A DNA stretch of 64,000 bases, from positions 64,001 to 128,000 of the forward strand of contig JBCNUU010000001.1 of the NCBI GenBank assembly GCA_039630545.1, read 5' to 3'. The notes beneath the pieces were generated by a model. That model had not been told where the DNA came from, searched no databases, and worked only from the letters and a program-made list of their open reading frames with translations. Made by a program: the position numbers and the translations under genes. Each line of letters begins with the position of its first letter. Position 1 is the first letter of the stretch. Below are positions 10,911 through 21,354 of the stretch, piece by piece. Source of the DNA: Endomicrobiia bacterium. GTDB taxonomy: Bacteria > Elusimicrobiota > Endomicrobiia > DTEH01.

Positions 10911-11866
10911 AAAATTACATTAGATGGTTAATTTTGATAACTATTCTTTTAGGTATCTTTTTTGTAAGATTGTTTAAAAGAACTTATAGTTTTTCTAAAA
11001 AGATATTTAAAAATAAAGAAGTCGTTGAGATAGAGTTTACCAGTTTAGATAATAAGAATATAAATATAAAAAAAGAAGCGAATACCTGGAAAGTAAAAAC
11101 CTTGGCAAAGAGCTATCCTCCTAATGAAAATTTAATTAAAGAATTAGTGGAAAAAATAAATAAATTTGAACTTCTTGATGTGGTAACAGAGGATCCTAAA
11201 AGGTATGAAGAGTATCTAGTAAATGAAGCTTCGGCTACGGTTGTAAAAATATTTTTTAAAAAAGAAAAAAAACCAAAAATAGTGTATTTTGGTAAAACAG
11301 GTGGATTTTCTTTTAATGAAATTTATGTAAGGATAGAAAAAGATCCTAAAGTTTATCTTGCAAAAGGTATCAGTAGTTTCAATTTTAAAAACTACTTCTA
11401 TGAGTTTTGTGATAAAACAGTTTTAAAATCCAATGTGGATGAAATAGAGACTATAAGTATAGATTTTCAGAATAAGATTCTTTCTTTTAAAAAGGAGCTA
11501 AAAGATTCTACAACCAGCTGGATAAATTTAAAAACATCTAAATCAGTAGAGCTTCAAAAAATTGACAATTTTTTAAGATTATTTTCAATTTTTACTTCGG
11601 ATGTTATTTTAGAGGAAACAGATTTAGAAGATGTTAAAAAATTGAAAATAGATTTTAAAATAGCTATAGATTTTAAAGATAAATCAAAAATAGAGTTAAC
11701 TTTTTACAAAGAACAAAAAATAAGAGACATTCCTGTCTATCCTGTCAAGATAACCTATACTACAAAACCCTCTTCTGTAGAAGTAATAGGTGTTGAAGAT
11801 ATTATGTATGGCGTGTATAGATATAAATATGATGATTTCACCAACCGCATTACTCCGTTAAAATAG
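10907..11866 (+). CDS. DUF4340-like membrane-anchored protein
   Basis: N-terminal TM and a YVRxxxDPKVYL-type motif; usual position after gldG-like genes. Confidence 0.65.
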   Translation: MKNYIRWLILITILLGIFFVRLFKRTYSFSKKIFKNKEVVEIEFTSLDNKNINIKKEANTWKVKTLAKSYPPNENLIKELVEKINKFELLDVVTEDPKRYEEYLVNEASATVVKIFFKKEKKPKIVYFGKTGGFSFNEIYVRIEKDPKVYLAKGISSFNFKNYFYEFCDKTVLKSNVDEIETISIDFQNKILSFKKELKDSTTSWINLKTSKSVELQKIDNFLRLFSIFTSDVILEETDLEDVKKLKIDFKIAIDFKDKSKIELTFYKEQKIRDIPVYPVKITYTTKPSSVEVIGVEDIMYGVYRYKYDDFTNRITPLK

Positions 11867-11923
11867 TTTATTTAGATATTGTTTTCTACTTTTGTATTTT
11901 GTAAAAATAAAATCTTAAATTTT

Positions 11924-13501
11924 ATGAAAGAAAAAATTTATATTTTTGACACAACTCTAAGAGATGGGGAACAATCACCTGGTGCTTCGCTTACTGCTAA
12001 AGAAAAATTAGAAATTGCTTTTCAACTTGAAAAATTAAATGTAGATGTAATAGAAGCTGGTTTTCCAGTGGCATCTTCGGGAGACTATGAAGCGGTTTCA
12101 TTAATTGCTAAAAATATAAAAACTCCCGTAATAGCCGCTCTTGCTAGAGCAAAAAAGGCAGACATAGAGACAGCCGCCTCCTCATTAAAAAACGCAAAAC
12201 GTCCAAGAATTCACACCTTTATTGCCACTTCTGATATACACATTAAATATAAACTTAAAATGACAAGACAACAGGTACTAGATGCAGCTGTTGAGGCTGT
12301 AAAATATGCCAGAAAATTTACAGATGATGTTGAGTTTTCCTGTGAGGATGCTGCCAGGTCTGATTTAGATTTTATGTGTAAGGTTATAGAAGAAACTATT
12401 AAAGCAGGTGCTACTGTAATAAATATTCCTGATACAGTAGGTTATTCTGTTCCGGAAGAATTTGGAGAAATTATTAGAAAAGTAAAAAACAAAGTTCCAA
12501 ATATAGACAAATGTATAATTTCTGTTCATTGTCATAATGATTTAGGTTTAGCTGTTGCAAACTCAATCTCAGCTATAATAAATGGAGCAAGACAAGTTGA
12601 ATGTACTATTAATGGTATTGGAGAAAGAGCGGGAAATGCCTCTTTAGAAGAAATAGTAATGATTATAAAAACTAAAGGAAAACTTGGTCTAATGGAAAAT
12701 TTTTATACTGATATTAACACAAAAGAAATATATCCAACAAGTAAATTGGTATCAAACCTAACAGGTATAGTAGTTCAGCCAAATAAAGCAATAGTAGGAA
12801 AGAATGCTTTTAGGCATGAATCTGGTATTCATCAAGATGGTATAATTAAACAAAGATTGACCTATGAAATAATAAGTCCAAAAGATGTAGGTGTACCATC
12901 AAGTGAACTTGTTTTAGGGAAACATTCTGGAAGACACGCATTAGCTAAGAGGTTAAATGAATTAGGATATAAAGTAAGCAAAAAACTACTTGATAAAATT
13001 TTTGTTAAATTTAAAATATTAGCAGACAAAAAAAAGGATATTTTTGATGAAGATTTAATTGCTATATTAAATGAAGAGTTAGGAAAAGAAAATCAGCAGT
13101 TAGAATTAAAGTATTTTCATATAAACAGTGGAACAGGGATTATTCCTACAGCTACAGTTGAGTTAGTTGTTAAAGAAGGCTCAAATCAAAAGGTATTAAG
13201 AGAAGTAGAATATGGCGATGGGCCTGTTGATGCGGCATATAAGGCTATAGATAAAATTTTACTTAAATTGTTAAATTTAAAAAATCCACCAAAACTTGTT
13301 GACTATCAACTTAAAGCGATTTCTTCTGGAAAAGATGCTCAAGGAGAGGTAGTTGTGAAGCTAGAATATAAGGGTGATTTTTTTACTGGAAGGGGTGTTT
13401 CTACTGATATAATTGAAGCAAGTATTAAATCTTACATTTCTTGCTGGAATAATATGTTAATAAGAAAAAAATTTTCTAAGAAGGTAAAGATATCTTTATA
13501 A
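11924..13501 (+). CDS. leuA: 2-isopropylmalate synthase
   Basis: [40 protein letters not shown] and regulatory domain GDGPVDA. Start set at ATG 11924 (MKEKIYIFD). Confidence 0.95.
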   Translation: MKEKIYIFDTTLRDGEQSPGASLTAKEKLEIAFQLEKLNVDVIEAGFPVASSGDYEAVSLIAKNIKTPVIAALARAKKADIETAASSLKNAKRPRIHTFIATSDIHIKYKLKMTRQQVLDAAVEAVKYARKFTDDVEFSCEDAARSDLDFMCKVIEETIKAGATVINIPDTVGYSVPEEFGEIIRKVKNKVPNIDKCIISVHCHNDLGLAVANSISAIINGARQVECTINGIGERAGNASLEEIVMIIKTKGKLGLMENFYTDINTKEIYPTSKLVSNLTGIVVQPNKAIVGKNAFRHESGIHQDGIIKQRLTYEIISPKDVGVPSSELVLGKHSGRHALAKRLNELGYKVSKKLLDKIFVKFKILADKKKDIFDEDLIAILNEELGKENQQLELKYFHINSGTGIIPTATVELVVKEGSNQKVLREVEYGDGPVDAAYKAIDKILLKLLNLKNPPKLVDYQLKAISSGKDAQGEVVVKLEYKGDFFTGRGVSTDIIEASIKSYISCWNNMLIRKKFSKKVKISL

Positions 13502-13510
13502 TTACTATCA

Positions 13511-14791
13511 ATGAATATCAAACCTCAAACAATTACTCAGAAAATAATTGCTAAGCATTCTAACAAAAAATATGTAGAAGAAGATGAGTTTGTTTTAGCA
13601 AATGTGGATTTAGCCTTAAGCAATGATGTGACCACACCTTTAGCAATAAAGCAGTTCTATAAAATATTTGAAGGAATAAAAGAACCTGAACTTTTTAATA
13701 AAAACAAAATAGCTATTGTTATGGATCATTTTACTCCTAATAAGGATATAAACTCTGCACAACAGAACAAATTTACTCAAGAATTTGCCAGGAAGTTTAA
13801 AATAAAACATTTTTATTTTGGAGGATGTGCTGGTATAGAACATGCTTTGCTTCCTGAAGAGGGTTTAGTTTCTTCAGGAGATTTAGTAATAGGGGCAGAT
13901 TCTCATACTTGTACTTATGGTGCTTTAGGTGCGTTTGCTACAGGTGTTGGTTCTACTGATTTAGCTTTTGTGTGGGCGACGGGAAAGATATGGCTTAAAG
14001 TTCCAAAAAGTATCAAAGTTATTTATTATGGAAAACTTAATAAAAATGTAGTTGGCAAAGATTTAATTTTAGCAACTATTAAAAAATTAGGAGTTGATGG
14101 AGCAAACTATAGAGCTTTAGAGTTTAGCGGCGAGGTAGTTTCTAAATTAAGTATATATAGCAGATTCACAATGAGTAATATGGCAATAGAATGCGGAGCG
14201 AAAAATGGAATTTTTGAACCCGATGAAACAACATACAGATACTTAAAACAAACAAAAACGAAAATTCAAAAAGAAAAATTTTTAAAAAGTGACAAAGAAG
14301 CTAAGTATGAAAATATTATTGAGATAAACTGTAACGAGGTTTATCCTCAAGTAGCCTTACCACATTTACCTTCAAATTGTGTAAATGTTAGAGATCTAAA
14401 AGAAAAAATATATATTGATCAGGTTGTAATAGGTTCATGTACTAACGGCTGGTATGAAGATCTTTATTTGGCAGCAAAAATATTAAAAAATAAAAAAGTA
14501 AATCCTAACGTAAGATGTTTAATTTTTCCTGCCACACCTAAGATTTACAAACAAGCATTAAAAAATGGACTAATAGAGATTTTTCTTAATGCTGGTTGTG
14601 TGGTAAATCCTCCTACCTGTGGGCCATGTTTGGGAGGCCATTTAGGAATTCTGGCAGAAAATGAAAAAGCAGTTGCCACAACCAACAGAAATTTTATAGG
14701 CCGTATGGGCCATATTAAAAGTGAAGTTTATCTTACAAATCCAATAGTTGCAGCTTACTCTGCAATAAGAGGATACATAGCTGATTCTTAA
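13511..14791 (+). CDS. leuC: 3-isopropylmalate dehydratase large subunit (short type)
   Basis: GADSHTCTYG, IGSCTNG, CGPCLGGH and TTNRNF motifs; follows leuA. Confidence 0.92.
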   Translation: MNIKPQTITQKIIAKHSNKKYVEEDEFVLANVDLALSNDVTTPLAIKQFYKIFEGIKEPELFNKNKIAIVMDHFTPNKDINSAQQNKFTQEFARKFKIKHFYFGGCAGIEHALLPEEGLVSSGDLVIGADSHTCTYGALGAFATGVGSTDLAFVWATGKIWLKVPKSIKVIYYGKLNKNVVGKDLILATIKKLGVDGANYRALEFSGEVVSKLSIYSRFTMSNMAIECGAKNGIFEPDETTYRYLKQTKTKIQKEKFLKSDKEAKYENIIEINCNEVYPQVALPHLPSNCVNVRDLKEKIYIDQVVIGSCTNGWYEDLYLAAKILKNKKVNPNVRCLIFPATPKIYKQALKNGLIEIFLNAGCVVNPPTCGPCLGGHLGILAENEKAVATTNRNFIGRMGHIKSEVYLTNPIVAAYSAIRGYIADS

Positions 14792-15513
14792 ACTTTTTTA
14801 TTATATTTTCTTAGATATTTAATAAGTAGCTGCATATCTTTTGGCAATGGAGCAGTTAATTCTATTTGTTGTTTTTTTCTAAAATGGAAAAACTTAATCT
14901 TGTAAGAATGTAGTGCTTGTCTTTCTATTAATGGTTTTTCTGAATTTTTCTTTTTATAGTTTTTTTTAATTGAGGATAAATAAAAGCAGTTTTTACCACT
15001 GTAAAGTTGGTCAGCCACTACTGGATAGCCTATTGTAGTAAGATGAATTCTTATTTGATGGCGTCTTCCTGTTAGAGGTTTAAGTTCTAGTAATGTGTAG
15101 TCTTTAAATTCTTCTAACACTTTATAAAAAGTTATAGATTCTTTACCATCTTTAAAATCTATTTTCATTCTTTGAGGATTGTTTTTGTCTTGAGAAATAG
15201 GAAGTTCAATTTTTCCTTCCTTTGTAGGCAGGTTTCCGTATACTACTGCTAAATATGTTTTTTCAACTTCATGAAGAAAAAATCTTTTAGTTAATTCCTT
15301 ATGAGCTAAAGGATTTTTGGCAAAACATACTATTCCTGAAGTATCTTTGTCAATTCTATGAATAATATATACCCTGTTGTAGTATCCTTCAAGAATCTCA
15401 AGTAAGTTTTCTTTAAATATCTCAAATCTATCTGGTATTGTAAGTAATCCTGGCGGTTTGTTTATCACTATATAGTCGTCATCTTCATAAATTATCAATG
15501 TTTTTATTTCCAT
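14788..15513 (-). CDS. RluA-family pseudouridine synthase
   Basis: INKPPG, HRIDKDTSG (catalytic Asp), TGRRHQIR and QALHS motifs. Confidence 0.9.
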   Translation of the reverse strand: MEIKTLIIYEDDDYIVINKPPGLLTIPDRFEIFKENLLEILEGYYNRVYIIHRIDKDTSGIVCFAKNPLAHKELTKRFFLHEVEKTYLAVVYGNLPTKEGKIELPISQDKNNPQRMKIDFKDGKESITFYKVLEEFKDYTLLELKPLTGRRHQIRIHLTTIGYPVVADQLYSGKNCFYLSSIKKNYKKKNSEKPLIERQALHSYKIKFFHFRKKQQIELTAPLPKDMQLLIKYLRKYNKKV

Positions 15514-15582
15514 ATTGAAAAGTATAATAAATTTTTATAAAATAATTTTCAATAAAATCGTTGATAATAGGTAAATACAAAA

Positions 15583-16095
15583 ATGTTCTTTAAAAAATTT
15601 TTTAGAGTTTCTTTATATTTTTTAGTTGGTTTAATTTTGATTAATATTTTTTATCTTTTTATTCAGGAGATATACTACTTGCCTTTTACAATTCAAATAA
15701 TAAAGCTTAAAAAATGGAAAGATAAGTTTGAAGTGTTTTTAAAAGAAGAACAAAAGAGAGTAAATTCTGCAGTGTCAGAGTTAGAAGCTATAAATAAAAA
15801 AATAAGAAATTACTCAAGAAGAATAAGTCTTGGAGAATATCATCTTATAGATAAGTATAATAGTATGGTGAATGAGTATTATTATCTGGCTAAAAATTAT
15901 GAGACTTTATTTAAAAATCACAAAAAAAATTTAATGTTATTTGATGAAAATTCAAAAAGATTAAAACGACTTATAAATGACTATGGGAGAAGGAGATTTA
16001 TTTTATTTTTACCATTTAAATTTAAATATGAAGTCAAAAGAGGCGAAGTTTCCTATAAGATATCTAAGTTAGGTGCTCATGAAAATAATAGGTAA
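15583..16095 (+). CDS. Hypothetical protein (N-terminal TM plus coiled coil)
   Basis: 170-aa ORF with a hydrophobic N-terminus; no family recognised. Confidence 0.6.
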   Translation: MFFKKFFRVSLYFLVGLILINIFYLFIQEIYYLPFTIQIIKLKKWKDKFEVFLKEEQKRVNSAVSELEAINKKIRNYSRRISLGEYHLIDKYNSMVNEYYYLAKNYETLFKNHKKNLMLFDENSKRLKRLINDYGRRRFILFLPFKFKYEVKRGEVSYKISKLGAHENNR

Positions 16096-16585
16096 AGTAT
16101 ATAAATGTCCTGATAACATTGATACTGATGTAATCATTCCTGCTAAGTATCTAAATACTTCTGATGAAAAAGTATTAGCTTTACATTGTTTGGAACCTTT
16201 TGTAGAACAAACCGGGAAAAAAATTTCTGCTGAAAATATTATAGTTGCAGGAAAAAACTTTGGATGTGGGTCTTCAAGAGAACATGCTCCTTTGGCTATT
16301 AAAGCTTTGGGGATAAAATGTGTTATTGCTGAAAGTTTTGCAAGGATATTTTTTAGAAATGCGATCAATATTGGACTACCAGTTGTAGAGTTGAAAGACG
16401 CATCTAAATTTTTTGTTGATGGTGAAGAAATAGAGGTAGACTTATCTTGTGGGACTGTTAAAAAATTTTCCAGTGGAGAGTTATATAATTTCCCTCCTTT
16501 TCCTGAATTTTTACAAAAGTTAATTTTAGCTGGTGGTCTGGTTGAGTTTTTAAGAGAAAGTTTGATAAATGGCAAAGGAATATAG
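16079..16585 (+). CDS. leuD: 3-isopropylmalate dehydratase small subunit
   Basis: DNIDTDVIIPAKYL, NFGCGSSREHAP and SFARIFFRNAINIGLP motifs; ATG at 16079. Confidence 0.93.
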   Translation: MKIIGKVYKCPDNIDTDVIIPAKYLNTSDEKVLALHCLEPFVEQTGKKISAENIIVAGKNFGCGSSREHAPLAIKALGIKCVIAESFARIFFRNAINIGLPVVELKDASKFFVDGEEIEVDLSCGTVKKFSSGELYNFPPFPEFLQKLILAGGLVEFLRESLINGKGI

Positions 16586-17183
16586 AATATTTTATTTTAA
16601 ACTTTTTTTACTTTTAAATCTTAACCTTGTTGCATTTCATGATAACGAGTTGTTTATAAGTGATATACAAAAAGTAAAAGATGTAGAATATAATATAGTT
16701 TTAAACAATGTGATAGTTGTAAAAAATATAAAGTTGCACAAATTAAATATAGGCAAAAAAGAAGTTTTAGAATTAGAGCTACCTTCTTATACTGCTCCTG
16801 ATGGAAGAGAGTATCCCCAGATAAGAATTCTTTCAGAAGAATTTCAAGAAAGAATTTTAAAAGCTATACTTGAAAATAAAAAAGAAAATTTTGATTTTAA
16901 AAATAATTCTTTTCCCAGGTTTGAAATAAAAAAATTTCTTCCAGTTAAAAAAGAAGGAAAAGTTAAAGTTAACGCATCCTTGGTGTTTGAAGGAACTTTA
17001 GAAGTTATCTGTAAGATAGTTGAAGACGAAAATAATGTTTATGTATTATGGCCAGCTGAAAAATTGAAAACCACAGATAAGTGGATAAAGAAAATTGAAT
17101 TCTTATCGAAGCCTTATCAAAAAATAATAGAAAAACAACTCATAGAAAGATATAAGGTATATAAGTTAGAAAAAGGAATTTAA
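16569..17183 (+). CDS. Tandem SpoVG-like domain protein with putative signal peptide
   Basis: Two segments align by eye with SpoVG (IVLNNVIVVKNIK...LPSYTAPDG...EEFQERILKAIL and KEGKVKVNASLVF...KIVEDENNVYVLWP...KIIEKQLIERY); hydrophobic N-terminus. Confidence 0.65.
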   Translation: MAKEYRIFYFKLFLLLNLNLVAFHDNELFISDIQKVKDVEYNIVLNNVIVVKNIKLHKLNIGKKEVLELELPSYTAPDGREYPQIRILSEEFQERILKAILENKKENFDFKNNSFPRFEIKKFLPVKKEGKVKVNASLVFEGTLEVICKIVEDENNVYVLWPAEKLKTTDKWIKKIEFLSKPYQKIIEKQLIERYKVYKLEKGI

Positions 17184-17212
17184 TGTCTTATCTATTTTAA
17201 TCCGTCTGGTTT

Positions 17213-20200
17213 GTGATGATGAAAAAGCTTTTTTTTGATCAAAAAATTTTGACTGGAATTTCTGATTATATAATTTATAATGTTATCTCTTACAATAATT
17301 TGATGATTTTGTTCGATGATTCTTTAGATATGTTGTCTTTTAAAGACATTTTTGTGGAATACAAAGATTTAGTTTTGAAATATCAGCTTTTAAACTTAAA
17401 AGAAGATTTTGAAGTTTTCTTTATAGTCAAAGATAATGGAAATTTGAGTTATGAAAGTATAATTGATTTATATAATTTTAATAAGATGCCAAAGTATGAT
17501 AAAAAAATATGTATTTTTACAAACTCTTTTAGTTTAGATGTAGAAATACCTTTAGATTTAGAAACTATAGAAATAATCCACAATAATGAAATTGATTTAG
17601 AAAAGTTAATTTATATGTTGATTAAGTTTGGATATAAAAATGTGGAATATGTAGAGATGCTTGGAGAATTTGCAGTTAGAGGGAATATCCTGGATATATG
17701 GAGCAATAGTATTATCTACAAAAATGGTCTGAATGAAAAGTATTATAGACAACCCGTAAGAATAATTTTAGATGAGAATAGAGTTGAGAATATAAAATTT
17801 TTAAATCCATCGACTCAAAGAAGTATATCCGAAGATATCTTTAAAGTAGTAATTTTCCCGATAAACTTTATAAACTTATCTTCTAAGAAAATAAAATTAA
17901 AAGAAACTTTTAAAGAATATAAAAATTTTATTTTTTTTGGGTTAGAAAATTGTGATTACTTAGAAGGATATTATCCAAATAAGAAATATTATGGTAACAC
18001 CGAAATGTTTATAAGAGATATTAAAAATTTTATCTCAGAGGACTATAAAATTGTGATAGGATATACTAATGAATATCAAAAAGCACACATAGAAGAACTA
18101 CTTAAAAAAAATGGAATTTTTCCTATAAAATTAGCAAAAACCTCTCTTACAAGTGGATTTTATAATATAAATAGAAAATTTTTGTTTATTACCTTTAATG
18201 AAATTTTTTTAAAATTTCAACTTTCAACTCTTGTAAAATCTCCAAAGATATATGAAAGCTTAAGATTAGAAAATATCTGGGAAATACAACCTGGTGATTA
18301 TGTAGTCCATTTTGAATATGGAATTGCAAAATTTTTAGGAACAAAAAAAATTACGATAAGAGAAATAACTAAAGAATTTTTAGTTTTGGAGTTTAAAGAT
18401 AATGCTATTCTTTATGTATCTGTTGTAGATATAAACCAGGTAGAAAAATACATTTCTGTTAAAGGAAAACAACCCACTTTGTCTTCTTTAAGCAAAGAAA
18501 GCTGGGAAAAAACAAAAAAGAGAATAAAAGATTCTCTAAAAGAGTTTATTATAGAGTTATATAATGTGTATTCACAAAGGAAAAAACTTAAGGGATATAA
18601 ATTTACAACTGATCAGGAATTAGAAAAAGCATTAGCTGAAAGTTTTGAATATGAGGAAACAGAAGACCAACTTAAAGCGATAAATGATGTATATAAGGAT
18701 ATGTCAAGTGATTATCCCATGGACAGAATAATAGTAGGAGATGTAGGTTTTGGGAAAACGGAGGTTGCTTTAAGGGCAACTTTTAGAGCAGTAATTAACG
18801 CAAAACAGGTGGCGATGTTGTGTCCTACGACAGTTTTAGCACATCAGCACTATATAACATTTTCAAGAAGACTTGAACCATTTGGGGTAAAAGTAGAAGT
18901 GCTTTCTCGGTTAAAAACTAAAACTGAGATTAAAAAAATATTGGAAGATTTAAGAAGTGGTAAAATAGATGTAATTATAGGTACGCATCTTTTATTAAAA
19001 GATGATGTAGAGTTTTTTGATTTAGGAGTTTTAATAATAGATGAAGAACACAAATTTGGTGTTAAACAGAAAGAAAAAATTAGATTGAAATATAATTCAT
19101 TTAAAAATTCATCAGATAAAATTATACCAGATGTTTTGTACTTAACAGCAACACCTATACCTAGAACTTTAGCTTCTGGTCTTCAAGGGATAAAAGATAT
19201 TTCAATAATAGAGTCTCCTCCTCAGGGACGCAAGCCTATAGAGACCTTTGTGTTGCCTTATAATGAAGAAACTGTAATTTATGCTATAACCAAAGAACTT
19301 CAACGCAACGGGCAGGTATATTATATTTATAACGATATTAAAACAATTGAAAATAAAGTTGAAAAAATAAAAAAATATTTTGGTGAAACAAAAATAGAAT
19401 TTATCCACAGTAAACTGCCTGAAAAAAAAATAGAAGACATAATGATAAAATTTCTAAATAATCAAATACAAATCTTAGTGTCTACAACAATTATTGAATC
19501 AGGATTGGATATTCCTGAGGTCAACACAATAATAGTAGAAGAAGCCCACAAATTTGGTTTAGCACAGCTTTATCAACTTAGGGGACGAGTAGGGCGAAGA
19601 GATAAAAAGGCCTACTGTTATTTTTTTTATTCTAAAGATAATTTAACTTCAGATGCTAAAAAACGACTTTCAGCATTGATGGAATTTACATCTTTAGGTA
19701 GTGGTTATTATTTAGCTTTAAGAGATTTAGAAATAAGAGGAGCCGGAGAAATTCTCGGGACCAGACAACATGGTTTTATAAATGAAATTGGCTTAAATAT
19801 GTATTCAAAATTTATTCAAGAACTGTTATATGAAATAAAAACTAATGAAAAATATGAAGATTTTATTCCGTCTATTGATATGGAAATAAATGCTTATATT
19901 CCTAAAGAGTATATAAAAGATGAAACCACAAGAATAACTTTTTACAGAAAATTACTTTCCGCTGAAAGTTATAATGAGATAGACAATATAAAAGAAGAAA
20001 TATATGACAGATTTGGTAAAATTTCTCAACAGCAAAACCAACCTCTGGAAAATCTTTTTTATTTAAGCTATTTAAAGATATTAATGAAAAAATTTAAAAT
20101 AAGGAAAATTTATGAGGAAAATAATAAAGAATACAAAAACATATTTCTTATTTTCGGAAGTAATAATAAAATTTTAAAAAAATTCCATGAAAACCTAAAG

Positions 20201-20329
20201 GATATAGCTTGTTATATTGAGCCAGATAAGATATGTGTAAAGTTTAAAAAAGAAAGTTTTTCTGTTGAGTCTATTCTTGAAAAACTTTTAGAAGTTGAAA
20301 AAAAATTAACAAGTGAGATGAACACATAA
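17213..20329 (+). CDS. mfd: Transcription-repair coupling factor
   Basis: GEFAVRGNILDI, GDYVVHFEYG, GDVGFGKTEVA, DEEH, TATPIPRTL, QLRGRVGR and a TRCF C-terminus; N-terminus is divergent and short. Confidence 0.93.
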   Translation: MMMKKLFFDQKILTGISDYIIYNVISYNNLMILFDDSLDMLSFKDIFVEYKDLVLKYQLLNLKEDFEVFFIVKDNGNLSYESIIDLYNFNKMPKYDKKICIFTNSFSLDVEIPLDLETIEIIHNNEIDLEKLIYMLIKFGYKNVEYVEMLGEFAVRGNILDIWSNSIIYKNGLNEKYYRQPVRIILDENRVENIKFLNPSTQRSISEDIFKVVIFPINFINLSSKKIKLKETFKEYKNFIFFGLENCDYLEGYYPNKKYYGNTEMFIRDIKNFISEDYKIVIGYTNEYQKAHIEELLKKNGIFPIKLAKTSLTSGFYNINRKFLFITFNEIFLKFQLSTLVKSPKIYESLRLENIWEIQPGDYVVHFEYGIAKFLGTKKITIREITKEFLVLEFKDNAILYVSVVDINQVEKYISVKGKQPTLSSLSKESWEKTKKRIKDSLKEFIIELYNVYSQRKKLKGYKFTTDQELEKALAESFEYEETEDQLKAINDVYKDMSSDYPMDRIIVGDVGFGKTEVALRATFRAVINAKQVAMLCPTTVLAHQHYITFSRRLEPFGVKVEVLSRLKTKTEIKKILEDLRSGKIDVIIGTHLLLKDDVEFFDLGVLIIDEEHKFGVKQKEKIRLKYNSFKNSSDKIIPDVLYLTATPIPRTLASGLQGIKDISIIESPPQGRKPIETFVLPYNEETVIYAITKELQRNGQVYYIYNDIKTIENKVEKIKKYFGETKIEFIHSKLPEKKIEDIMIKFLNNQIQILVSTTIIESGLDIPEVNTIIVEEAHKFGLAQLYQLRGRVGRRDKKAYCYFFYSKDNLTSDAKKRLSALMEFTSLGSGYYLALRDLEIRGAGEILGTRQHGFINEIGLNMYSKFIQELLYEIKTNEKYEDFIPSIDMEINAYIPKEYIKDETTRITFYRKLLSAESYNEIDNIKEEIYDRFGKISQQQNQPLENLFYLSYLKILMKKFKIRKIYEENNKEYKNIFLIFGSNNKILKKFHENLKDIACYIEPDKICVKFKKESFSVESILEKLLEVEKKLTSEMNT

Positions 20330-20656
20330 TGCTGTTTTTTTTGGTGAGTTTGGATATAAGTTGTTAAAAAGTTTTACTGCTTCATAAGTATTTGCAATGT
20401 AAAATTTTATATTTTTTTGTTTGAGATACTCTTTTAACTCATCAGATACTTCTAAAACACAATTAGCACCACACCCTATAATTAATACCTCAGGTTCGCT
20501 TTCTAGGATGTCTTTTATATCTTCTTTATATAATTTATGACCTTCTTTACGCCACCAGTCTGAAATTATTTTTTCATTAAAAATTTTTATATCAGTAGTG
20601 TATGTTTTTCCATTAATTATTATTTTACCAAATTCATAGTGAGATATTTTTACCAT
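20306..20656 (-). CDS. Mth938-like (DUF498) protein
   Basis: YEFGKIIINGKTY, WWRKEGH, EVLIIGCG and C-terminal HLTC. Confidence 0.85.
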   Translation of the reverse strand: MVKISHYEFGKIIINGKTYTTDIKIFNEKIISDWWRKEGHKLYKEDIKDILESEPEVLIIGCGANCVLEVSDELKEYLKQKNIKFYIANTYEAVKLFNNLYPNSPKKTALCVHLTC

Positions 20657-21354
20657 ATATATCTCCAGTAGGTTTTAATTCTTCTTTTTTTTCTTGTTTT
20701 AAAAGCAATAACTACTCCGCACAGAAATCCCCCTATATGTGCCCAGTAAGCAACTCCTGGAAGATCCCTGCCTAAAGCAGCCTTTATCATTAGATTTTGT
20801 GTACCACTTAAAAACTGAAAAATTATCCACAGACCTAAAAATATTACCGCAGGTACAACCACTATTCTGCTAAAAATTCCAAAAGGTACTAATGTCAAAA
20901 TTCCTGCAGAAGGAAAAAATACAAAATAAGCACCAAGAACACCAGATATCGCACCTGAAGCTCCGATCATAGGAATTCTACTTGTTGGATTAAGAAGAAA
21001 CTGAAAAAGACTGCCAGTAAGTCCGCATGTTATGTATATTATTAAATATTTAAAATGGCCAAATCTATCTTCTACATTGTCACCAAATATATAAAGAAAC
21101 CACATGTTTCCTAAAAAATGCCAGAAACCACCATGAAGAAACATGGATGTAAATAAACTCCACCATGAAGAAGAGAAATCAGTAATGAATCTATAAGGTA
21201 TAAATCCGTAAGAATAAATAAAATTTTCAATTTCATAAAAACTTTTATTAGAGAAGATATACTGATAGATAAAAACCAAAGAGTTAACAGAAATTATCAC
21301 ATAGTTTACAATTGGAAATCTATAAGATGGTATGTTATCTTTTAAAGGTATCAT
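20650..21354 (-). CDS. Rhomboid family intramembrane serine protease
   Basis: MIPLKD, FTSMFLHGG, GNMWFLYIFGDNVED, GASGAISG (Ser) and AYWAHIGG (His). Confidence 0.93.
   Translation of the reverse strand: MIPLKDNIPSYRFPIVNYVIISVNSLVFIYQYIFSNKSFYEIENFIYSYGFIPYRFITDFSSSWWSLFTSMFLHGGFWHFLGNMWFLYIFGDNVEDRFGHFKYLIIYITCGLTGSLFQFLLNPTSRIPMIGASGAISGVLGAYFVFFPSAGILTLVPFGIFSRIVVVPAVIFLGLWIIFQFLSGTQNLMIKAALGRDLPGVAYWAHIGGFLCGVVIAFKTRKKRRIKTYWRYIW

Noticed and set aside
16069..16575. 168-aa antisense ORF over leuD (likewise 63006..63512, 47919..48245, 49999..50352 and other short shadow ORFs)
   Set aside because: They lie opposite or within well-supported genes and carry no recognisable motifs.
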